Positions 56,209-64,000 of a stretch of DNA of 64,000 nucleotides are shown here, in pieces. Both the position numbers and the translations under genes were made by a program. The notes under the pieces were generated by a model, which was given only the letters and a program-made list of their open reading frames with translations, did no database searches and had not been told where the DNA came from. Within the stretch, counting starts at the first letter, position 1; every line of letters begins with the position of its first letter. The DNA is from an uncultured Gammaproteobacteria bacterium (lineage in GTDB: Bacteria > Pseudomonadota > Gammaproteobacteria > Steroidobacterales > JBCCMA01). Location: NCBI GenBank assembly GCA_964639265.1, contig CAZXCL010000011.1:9362-73361 (forward strand), written 5' to 3'.

Positions 56209-56910
56209 ATGTTTGCGATTTTCCTGACCGAGGGGATGAACCCCTTCTACCAGAACATCAGCTCATTCCCGACGCTGATCTATACGATCCTGCTTGTGGT
56301 CTGCGTGATCTACTGGGCGGGTGCCGTATTGGGACTGATCGACCTCGAGGTTCTGGATCTTGGCATTGAAGGATTTGATACGTCCGGCGATATCAGCGGA
56401 GACGTCGGTGGCGATTCACCGCACTCAACACCGGATGTATTGGCCGGTCTCCTCCTGCGCTTCGGCCTGGTCGGGGTCCCGCTGACTATATCGCTTTCCA
56501 TCATTGTCCTGATCGGCTGGTTGCTGTGCTACTACGTCGTGCACTTTGTCTTCCCCTACGTGCCCGGTAGCTTGCTGAAGCTTGCCGCCGGCGTACCGGT
56601 CTTGCTTGCGACGCTGTACATCGCCGCTCACATAACGGGCGTGGTGATACGACCGCTGCGCCCGCTGTTTGCAAAGGCGACTCAGGACACGATCAAACAC
56701 GTGCTGGGACAAACCGCCATCGTTCGAACCTCGCGCATCGACAACGATTTTGGCGAAGTGAATCTGGACGACGGTGGCGCGGGGCTGATTTTGAAAGCAC
56801 GCACCACCGGGGACGACCGCTTCGTAAAAGGCGACAAAGTCGTCATCCTCGAAATGCTCGAAGACCAAAATGTTTATCGAGTGATTTCGGAACAAGAATT
56901 TCTCGGGTAA
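56209..56910 (+). CDS. NfeD-like (YqiJ-like) inner-membrane protein with C-terminal OB-fold
   Basis: Several TM helices followed by GQTAIVRTSRIDNDFGEVNLDDGGAGLILKARTTGDDRFVKGDKVVILEMLEDQNVYRVIS, the characteristic NfeD beta-barrel. Immediately upstream of the flotillin gene. Confidence 0.65.
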   Translation: MFAIFLTEGMNPFYQNISSFPTLIYTILLVVCVIYWAGAVLGLIDLEVLDLGIEGFDTSGDISGDVGGDSPHSTPDVLAGLLLRFGLVGVPLTISLSIIVLIGWLLCYYVVHFVFPYVPGSLLKLAAGVPVLLATLYIAAHITGVVIRPLRPLFAKATQDTIKHVLGQTAIVRTSRIDNDFGEVNLDDGGAGLILKARTTGDDRFVKGDKVVILEMLEDQNVYRVISEQEFLG

Positions 56911-56948
56911 ACACCCCGTAAAAACGAATAACTGAGGGAGCAATAACT

Positions 56949-58787
56949 ATGGCCGATCTATCCGTACTAATGCCTGTGGTAACAGGCGCGGGAATATTCA
57001 TTCTCGTCTTGCTTGGGCTTGCCGGCCTGTTCAAGGCTTTCTATTACAAGGTTGAACAGGGCACAGCGCTTATCGTCAACGACATGAGCTCCCGTCCGAA
57101 GGTGCATTTCACTGGCGCGCTGGTGTATCCGATCATCTACAAGAAAGAGCTGATGAAAATCTCGCTCATCACGCTGGAGGTGGATCGCCGCGGAGCAGAC
57201 GGACTGATCTGCCAAGACAACATGCGCGCCGACATTTCCGTTGCTTTTTACCTGCGCGTCAACGAGACCGCGGAAGACGTATTGAAGGTCGCCAAGTCCA
57301 TCGGCGCGAGCCGTGCTTCGGACCAGGACGCCGTAGATCAGTTGTTCTCAGCCAAATTCTCAGAAGCACTGAAAACAGTGGGCAAGCAGGTTGAGTTCGT
57401 GTCCTTGTTTGAAAATCGTCAGGAGTTTCGCGAAAAGATCATCGAAGTCATCGGCGATGATCTGAATGGCTACGTCCTCGAAGACGTCGCGATTGACTAT
57501 CTGGAGCAAACACCCAAGTCGTCACTCGACCCAACCAACATTCTTGACGCCGAGGGCATCAAGAAGATTACCGAACTCACCGCCACTCAGAACGTTCGTA
57601 CCAACGAACTTGAGCGCGATGAAGAGCTCGCCATCAAGAAGAAGAACGTCACGACTGTAGAAGCCATGCTTGAGCTCGAACGCCAGCAGGCGGATGCCGA
57701 AGCGCGTCAACAGCGCGAGATTCTCTCGATCCAGGCCCGTGAAGAGGCCGAGACCAAGAAGGTGCAGGAAGAAGAACGTCGCAAAGCCGAGACGACGCAC
57801 ATCCAGGTGGAGCAGGATCTGCAGGTGCAGACTGAAAACCAGAAACGCGAAGTTGAGGTTGCCGAGCAAAACAGACAGCGCGCCGTCGCGATCGAGCAAG
57901 AGAAGGTGACTCGCGCACGGGACCTCGAGATAGTCAGTCGTGAGCGCGAGGTTTCCGTCGAGCAGGTGCTGGCTGAGAAAGCCGTCGAAGTTGAGAAGAA
58001 GGAGATTGCGAACGTGATTCGTGAGCGCGTTGCTGTCGACAAGACAGTGGCCGTTGAGGAAGAGCGCATCAAGGAGGTACGCGAGGTCTCTGAAGCCGAT
58101 CGCCAGAAACAGGTGCAGATACTGACCGCTGAGGCCGATGCCGAAGAAGAGAAAGTCAAAGAGACCACCGCTGCCAAAGCCCAGGAGATCGCTGCCAATC
58201 ACAAGGCATCCGAAATCACGACGCTGGCCGAGGCGCGACTGGCCGCTGCGGCGAAAGACTCCGACGCCAAGAAAGTACTGGCCGAAGGTATTCAGGCCGA
58301 AGATGCCGCGACCGGCCTTGCCGAAGCCGACGTTATTCGCGCCAAGGGCACGGCGGATGCCTCCGCCAAGACCGAGGTAGGTATGGCGACCGCAAGCATC
58401 ACCAAAGCACAGTTCCAGGCCGAAGCTGAGGGTCTGTCAGATAAATTTGCGGCGATGGCCAACATGACGGGCGAGACGCGCGAGCATGAGGAATTCCGCA
58501 TGTCGCTTGAAACAGCCTTCAAAGAAGCGCTGGCGTCAATTGATGCCGGTAAGGAAATCGCCAAGGAAAACGCCGAGATCCTGGCCATCGCACTGCAGAA
58601 GGCGCACATCGACATCGTGGGTGGCGAGGCGCAGTTCTTTGATAACTTCGCCAAGTCGCTGTCCATCGGCAAAGCCGTTGACGGTCTCGCCGAGAAAAGC
58701 GAAGTGGTGCAGACGCTGCTGGCGAAGTTCCTGCCGGCCAACGGTATCGACGTCGCACGTAGCAACGGTGACGGCGCGGCCAGCTAA
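56949..58787 (+). CDS. flotillin-like SPFH/band-7 family protein (YqiK-like)
   Basis: N-terminal TM. SPFH core (…KISLITLEVD…CQDNMRADISVAFYLRV…). Very long Glu/Ala/Lys/Arg-rich coiled-coil stretch (EA repeats). 612 aa. Confidence 0.85.
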   Translation: MADLSVLMPVVTGAGIFILVLLGLAGLFKAFYYKVEQGTALIVNDMSSRPKVHFTGALVYPIIYKKELMKISLITLEVDRRGADGLICQDNMRADISVAFYLRVNETAEDVLKVAKSIGASRASDQDAVDQLFSAKFSEALKTVGKQVEFVSLFENRQEFREKIIEVIGDDLNGYVLEDVAIDYLEQTPKSSLDPTNILDAEGIKKITELTATQNVRTNELERDEELAIKKKNVTTVEAMLELERQQADAEARQQREILSIQAREEAETKKVQEEERRKAETTHIQVEQDLQVQTENQKREVEVAEQNRQRAVAIEQEKVTRARDLEIVSREREVSVEQVLAEKAVEVEKKEIANVIRERVAVDKTVAVEEERIKEVREVSEADRQKQVQILTAEADAEEEKVKETTAAKAQEIAANHKASEITTLAEARLAAAAKDSDAKKVLAEGIQAEDAATGLAEADVIRAKGTADASAKTEVGMATASITKAQFQAEAEGLSDKFAAMANMTGETREHEEFRMSLETAFKEALASIDAGKEIAKENAEILAIALQKAHIDIVGGEAQFFDNFAKSLSIGKAVDGLAEKSEVVQTLLAKFLPANGIDVARSNGDGAAS

Positions 58788-58799
58788 GGACTCCCCTCT

Positions 58800-61700
58800 A
58801 TGGCAGCTGAAAAAACAGACAGCGCGATCGTTGATAGCGCCGTCGCCGAGGGCGGCGCGTACGAGATCATTCGCCAGCGCCTGGTCGAACAGGGCGAGCA
58901 GCTCAAGGAAAAGACGGCTGCTTTGAACGCGGCGCGCGCAGAGGAATTCGGATCCACGGACATGGAGGTCCTCGCCCGAACCCGCATCCGCACCGACAAC
59001 AACTGCCGCGGCCGCGCCATCGTGCAGGTTGGCGACATGCTCCTGTTCGGATACAACGTGTTCATCGGCTTGAAAAAAGCCACCCAGATCACGGACGTAT
59101 TCGCCCTGTACCGCCTGTCGCTCGATGGCGACGCCTATTCCATGGAACCGCAGTCGCTGGATGGTACGTTCCTTGCGGACAAGAAGTTTCAACACGACTT
59201 TGACGAACTCTACCGATACTACAAGGACACGCGTCTGACCCAGCTTGTAAAGCGCGATGGGCGACTGCTGGCCGGGTTTCAGATTGGTGAGCGTATCGAC
59301 GATATACGCGTGTTTCGCTGGGCCATCTCGGACGATGCGTCCGAGTTGACCTACATCGACAATCGAGGCGAGCGGGACATTGAGCTTCCCGAACCCTACG
59401 ATTTCGAGTGGCACGACGTTGGTCGTGACGACATCGTGCACGGCCGGTTCCCCCACATCAGCCTCGATGACGAAGTATTCATTGAGACCATCAACGGCGA
59501 TCTGACCGTCAAGATCGAGGACAACACTGAGAATGGCGAGGGCATTTATTCAGAGCACGTGGAAGACGCCACCCAGTCCCTGGATGATGCCGAAATTGCC
59601 TATGCCCGAGTAGGCGACCTTGTACTGATCAAGGTACTGCCTTACAAGGAAAAGCAGTGGCGCCATCTGGTATTCAACCGGCGCTCGCAGGACGTCGTAC
59701 GCATCGATGAGATCGGCAGTTCCTGCGTGCAGCTGCCCGAGGACCACGGCATTATTTTCCCCGGCGGATACTATCTTGAGTCCGGCGACTACAAGACTTT
59801 TCCGATCAGCACCGACGGGTTCAAATTCAAGCGCAAGATTCGCTCGCCCATTGGCGAAGACGTGCTGTTTGTGTTCTATGAGCCCGAAGACGGCCTGTTC
59901 ACCCTGCTCTCATACAATCTCATTGAGAAATCGCTGCAAAATCCGATCGTGACCAACGGCTACGCCCTGGCCGACGACGGACGCATCGCCGTGTTTAATG
60001 CGGAACCTGAACCGACGCGCATCCACCCAATGCAGGTGTGGAAGACGCCGTACGTGCACGAGGAGTTCACCGCCAAGGCGCCCACCACGCAGTCGTTTTA
60101 CTCCAATATTGGCAATGCGGAACTGGTGCGGGGCGTATCCGATCTGTACAGCGTGTGCCGCGATATCGGCGATGAAACCGTCTCGGTGCGAAGCTACGAA
60201 AAACTCAGAAGAACGGCCATGCGGTTGTTCGATGATCATTTCTGGATTGCCGATGAGGCCACCGAAGGCATCGGCGACACCGTCCGCACCATCAACGACA
60301 CCGTCGAACTGATTATCGATGAGTTTGAGAAGGTCGAGAGCATTCGTCGGCAATCTGCGGAGGCCATCAACGACGCACGCGGCGAGCATCAACAAATACT
60401 GGCCACCTCCGATCCATCGGGCTGGCGTCGCGTTGACGATTTTGTGTCGGCCCTGGATCGCATTCGCAAGCAACGTGGTCATCTGACAACGATCAGAGAC
60501 TACCGGTACATCGACATCGCCGCGATTAACGCCATGGACACCGAGCTCGTTGAGCTAAACGCTCGGATTGGCGAACAGACCGCCATTTTTCTCGCTGACG
60601 ACAAGGCACTGGCGACCTATGTCGATGACATAGACAACATCCGGGCTGAAATCAGTTCTCTGGAAACCGTGGCCGCGCTTGATCCGCAGCTCGAGCGACT
60701 CGAGTCAATCGCCGAGGGCCTCGATCTGCTTTCCGAGCTGGTAGCAACACTTAAAATCGACGACGCTACAGTACAAACGCGCATCGTCAGCTCGATCTCT
60801 GACGTTTACTCCAATATGAACCAGACGCGGGCGGTCTGCAGACGGCGTCGGGATCAGCTCGGATCGGCCGAGTCCATCGAGCAGTTTGCCGCGCAGCTCA
60901 AGCTGTTCTCGCAGAACATTATCAATTCGCTCGGTCTTGCCACAACACCCGAGCGTTGCGACGATCAACTGGCGAAACTCCTGATTCAGCTGGAGGAAAT
61001 GGAGGGCCAGTTTGGCGATCACGAGCAGTTTCTCGCCGACATCATGGCCAAGCGCGACGAGGTCAACGATACGCTCGAAGCGCACAAGCAAGAGCTGCTG
61101 GACGCTCGCAATTCCCGGGTTCAGGGTCTGGCCGATGCGATTAATCGCATGCTGCAAAACGTGGAGAAGCGTACACAACGCTTCAGAACCGAAGATGAGC
61201 TCAACACCTATCTTGCCTCCGATCCGCTGCTGCTAAAGATTCGGGATCTGGTCGCCCAGCTGCGTGAGCTCGACAGTGCGGTCAAGGCCGACGACGCCGA
61301 AGCGCGGCTGAAAATGATTCGCGATCAGGCCGTCCGCGCACTGCGCGACAAGATCGACCTGTACGACGAATCCGGCACCGTCATCCAGCTTGGGCCACGT
61401 CACAAATTCAATATCAGCAAGGAAGAGCTGGACCTGACCATCATTCCCAGGGACGAGGGACTGGCCCTGCACCTGGTCGGCACCAGGTACTTCGAGAAAA
61501 TTGACCATGAGGCGCTGACCGATCTCAAGCCCTACTGGAAACTGGCTACCGAATCTGAGTCGCCGGACGTATATCGGGCCGAGTATCTGGCGTATCGAAT
61601 AATAGAGGCGGCTCAGTCCGGCACGGACAGTTTGAGCTGGCCAACACTGTCATCGGCCATTGGCAAGCAAGACACTCTCGAGAAGCTGGTCAGAGACTTC

Positions 61701-64000
61701 GCTACGCCCCGATATCGGGACGGCTATGAACGCGGCGTCCACGATGCAGACGCCTGCACGCTTCTGCGCGCGATTGTGCCAACTATCGACAACGGCGATT
61801 TACTGCGCTTCAGCCCGCTTGATCGAGGTTTGGCTCAGGTGATCTGGCTCAACATGCAGGACGCGGATGATGCGCCGGCGCTATTGACGAGTCTTGCCGA
61901 AAGAGCGCAGTCGGCATGGCAGATGCACGCGCTGTTCGGCAAGCGCAGCGGCATTGCACTGGTGGAGGAAGAAGTGCTTGGCTATGCCAGCTCTATTGCC
62001 GAGGACCACGATCTGGAACTCGAACCGGCTACCCTGAGTCGAGCCATACGCTATCTGGTGGCCGAGCTTGGTCGTACGTCGCTGGCGTTTATCGGCTCGA
62101 AAAACGCCGCCGAGCTGTTGTCGATGCTGAAAACGGCATTGCGTCCTGAGGCCCTGAAAGAGCTTAACGAGTCCATAAACAAACTCGAAGGCGCGGCAGG
62201 CGAACAGTGGCGCCTTGCCAATGCCTGGCTGACCGCCATGCTCGAATCAGCCGACAAGCCCGATCTGATGCACTTCATTCCGGAGGCGGCCGCTCAGCTT
62301 ATCGCAGGCAAAAAACTGCCCCGCAGACCGTCGAAGTTTGATACGACAATTGAAGTCGATGAGCTGTTTGGCGAGCACGGGAACATTCTGGACGGTCGAA
62401 TGCGTTTCTCACTCGATCAGTTCCTGGATCGCCTGCAGGACCACACCGATCGTGTGGTCCCGGGTTACAGGCACTACCGCACTTTGCGCCGCAAGGTGGC
62501 GGACGATGCGCGCGCCGATCTCAAGCTGGATGAATTCAAGCCAAGGCCGTTGAGCTCGTTTGTTCGCAACCAGCTCATCAATGACGCGTATCTGCCGCTC
62601 ATCGGCGACAACCTGGCCAAACAGATCGGAACCGCAGGCGAGTCGAAACGATCAGATCTGAGCGGGCTGCTGATGATGATCTCACCACCTGGCTACGGCA
62701 AGACGACGCTCATGGAGTATGTGGCAAGCCGTCTCGGGCTGACGTTTATGAAAATCAACGGCCCCGCGCTTGGACACGACGTAACCTCGCTCGATCCCGC
62801 CATGGCGCCCAACGCGACGGCCAGGCGCGAGCTTGAAAAAGTTAACCTCGCGCTTGAGATGGGCGACAACGTCATGCTCTATCTCGATGACATACAACAT
62901 GCCAGTCCGGAGTTCCTGCAGCGCTTTATCTCGCTGTGCGACGCGACACGACGCATCGAAGGTGTCTGGAAAGGTCGTACACGAACCTACGATCTGCGCG
63001 GCCGCAAGTTCTGCGTCGTCATGGCCGGCAACCCGTACACAGAGTCCGGTGAGACGTTCCGCGTACCCGATATGCTTGCCAACCGGGCCGACATCTACAA
63101 CCTTGGCGATGTTCTGTCCGGGAAGGAACGTCAGTTCGAACTGAGCTACATCGAGAACTGCCTGACCTCCAACCCGGTGCTCGCACCGCTGGCCACCAGA
63201 GACATGGCGGATGTATACAAGTTCGTGGACGGGGCCAAAGGGCAGGAGGTGGTCGCTACGGATCTCTCACACACCTACAGCGGTGCCGAGATCGCGGAAA
63301 TCACACGTCTGCTCGAGCGACTGCTTCAGGTCCAGGACGTCGTACTCAAGGTCAATCGCCAGTACATCGCATCGGCCGCGCAGGAAGACCAGTACCGCAC
63401 CGAACCTCGCTTCCTGCTGCAGGGCAGTTATCGCAACATGAACAAGCTGGCTGAGAAAGTGTCGGCCGTGATGACCGATGACGAACTCAACGACGTGATC
63501 GATGATCACTACCGCGGCGAGGCACAGCTCCTCACCCAAGGCACCGAAGCCAACTTGCTCAAACTTGCGGAGCTTCGCGATACGCTGGACGTGGACAGCC
63601 AGAAACGATGGGAAAGCATCAAAAGAGACTTCCTGCGCAACAAGGCCTTTGGCGGCGATGACGCTGACACTGGCCAACGGATCGTCGCACAACTGTCTGA
63701 CCTGGTTGAGAACATCAGCAGACTAGGCGTCGATCATGGCGCTCACAATGCATCGGCGCAGTTGATCAGCAGCTCGCTTGAAAAGCTGGGCGACGCGGTT
63801 GCGCAGCAAAAAACCACGGTCTCGGTCACCAGCAAGCCGTCGGAAGAATTTCAGCAGGTACTGACCGTGCTCAACGACACGATTGAAAACACACTTTTCC
63901 CGCTGGTGCGCAGCATGGACAAACGCATTGCGCTGGATTTGGCAGCACGAGATCAACTGCAGAAACTATCGCAGGAGGTTGAGGCGCTCAAACGGATGGA
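58800..64000 (+). CDS. giant (more than 1730 aa, 3' end beyond window) protein with central/C-terminal dynein/MoxR-type AAA_5 ATPase domain, downstream of the flotillin gene
   Basis: Single uninterrupted frame from ATG 58800 (SD AAGGA) to the window end. Walker A ISPPGYGKTT, Walker B VMLYLDD, sensor-2 FRVPDMLANRADI (about aa 1290-1440). Long coiled-coil segments in between. N-terminal about 450 aa has no recognisable motifs. Confidence 0.7.
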   Translation, partial: MAAEKTDSAIVDSAVAEGGAYEIIRQRLVEQGEQLKEKTAALNAARAEEFGSTDMEVLARTRIRTDNNCRGRAIVQVGDMLLFGYNVFIGLKKATQITDVFALYRLSLDGDAYSMEPQSLDGTFLADKKFQHDFDELYRYYKDTRLTQLVKRDGRLLAGFQIGERIDDIRVFRWAISDDASELTYIDNRGERDIELPEPYDFEWHDVGRDDIVHGRFPHISLDDEVFIETINGDLTVKIEDNTENGEGIYSEHVEDATQSLDDAEIAYARVGDLVLIKVLPYKEKQWRHLVFNRRSQDVVRIDEIGSSCVQLPEDHGIIFPGGYYLESGDYKTFPISTDGFKFKRKIRSPIGEDVLFVFYEPEDGLFTLLSYNLIEKSLQNPIVTNGYALADDGRIAVFNAEPEPTRIHPMQVWKTPYVHEEFTAKAPTTQSFYSNIGNAELVRGVSDLYSVCRDIGDETVSVRSYEKLRRTAMRLFDDHFWIADEATEGIGDTVRTINDTVELIIDEFEKVESIRRQSAEAINDARGEHQQILATSDPSGWRRVDDFVSALDRIRKQRGHLTTIRDYRYIDIAAINAMDTELVELNARIGEQTAIFLADDKALATYVDDIDNIRAEISSLETVAALDPQLERLESIAEGLDLLSELVATLKIDDATVQTRIVSSISDVYSNMNQTRAVCRRRRDQLGSAESIEQFAAQLKLFSQNIINSLGLATTPERCDDQLAKLLIQLEEMEGQFGDHEQFLADIMAKRDEVNDTLEAHKQELLDARNSRVQGLADAINRMLQNVEKRTQRFRTEDELNTYLASDPLLLKIRDLVAQLRELDSAVKADDAEARLKMIRDQAVRALRDKIDLYDESGTVIQLGPRHKFNISKEELDLTIIPRDEGLALHLVGTRYFEKIDHEALTDLKPYWKLATESESPDVYRAEYLAYRIIEAAQSGTDSLSWPTLSSAIGKQDTLEKLVRDFATPRYRDGYERGVHDADACTLLRAIVPTIDNGDLLRFSPLDRGLAQVIWLNMQDADDAPALLTSLAERAQSAWQMHALFGKRSGIALVEEEVLGYASSIAEDHDLELEPATLSRAIRYLVAELGRTSLAFIGSKNAAELLSMLKTALRPEALKELNESINKLEGAAGEQWRLANAWLTAMLESADKPDLMHFIPEAAAQLIAGKKLPRRPSKFDTTIEVDELFGEHGNILDGRMRFSLDQFLDRLQDHTDRVVPGYRHYRTLRRKVADDARADLKLDEFKPRPLSSFVRNQLINDAYLPLIGDNLAKQIGTAGESKRSDLSGLLMMISPPGYGKTTLMEYVASRLGLTFMKINGPALGHDVTSLDPAMAPNATARRELEKVNLALEMGDNVMLYLDDIQHASPEFLQRFISLCDATRRIEGVWKGRTRTYDLRGRKFCVVMAGNPYTESGETFRVPDMLANRADIYNLGDVLSGKERQFELSYIENCLTSNPVLAPLATRDMADVYKFVDGAKGQEVVATDLSHTYSGAEIAEITRLLERLLQVQDVVLKVNRQYIASAAQEDQYRTEPRFLLQGSYRNMNKLAEKVSAVMTDDELNDVIDDHYRGEAQLLTQGTEANLLKLAELRDTLDVDSQKRWESIKRDFLRNKAFGGDDADTGQRIVAQLSDLVENISRLGVDHGAHNASAQLISSSLEKLGDAVAQQKTTVSVTSKPSEEFQQVLTVLNDTIENTLFPLVRSMDKRIALDLAARDQLQKLSQEVEALKRM

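Noticed and set aside
1-64000. CRISPR arrays, integrase/transposase genes, rRNA/tRNA genes
   Set aside because: Scanned for short regularly spaced direct repeats, tyrosine/serine recombinase or DDE motifs and rRNA/tRNA signatures. None found. The putative island lacks a recognisable mobility gene within this window.

Overview
High-GC (about 60%+) proteobacterial chromosomal segment, gammaproteobacterial in flavour, with about 47 protein-coding genes and no rRNA, tRNA, CRISPR array or integrase that I could see. About two thirds are ordinary housekeeping, transport and regulator genes. These include a eukaryote-type isoleucyl-tRNA synthetase, several predicted secreted proteins (three peptidases — one S8 and two S9 — plus a divergent pair of DUF885 proteins, a BNR-repeat hydrolase and an FG-GAP/dockerin protein), and several transporter and regulator genes.

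Three regions stand out, ranked by interest:
- 39.6-49.9 kb: a tightly overlapping five-gene minus-strand operon (DUF4132-like giant protein, MoxR-type AAA+ ATPase, DUF5682-like protein, VWA protein, SWIM zinc-finger protein), comparable to the functionally uncharacterised E. coli yehLMPQ/molR locus. It sits in an island-like context: hipBA toxin-antitoxin, an AT-rich stretch, a frameshifted gene and a Uma2 endonuclease.
- 54.8-64.0 kb: a five-gene membrane-remodelling cluster — DUF2170/YjfI-like, PspA/IM30 (YjfJ-like), NfeD/YqiJ-like, flotillin (YqiK-like), and a more-than-1730-aa protein with a dynein/MoxR-type AAA_5 ATPase domain that runs off the window. A perfect 17-bp palindromic operator and an rtcB gene lie just upstream. 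Between the DUF2200 gene and rtcB is an unusually long noncoding stretch containing a consensus sigma70 promoter, an intrinsic terminator and a candidate sRNA.
- 3.5-11.4 kb: an S8 subtilase with no signal peptide, translationally coupled to an MBL-fold protein and convergent with a 1488-aa multi-pass Cache-like membrane protein.

These are candidate undescribed systems rather than demonstrated ones. All calls rest on reading motifs in the ORF translations; no database search was run.
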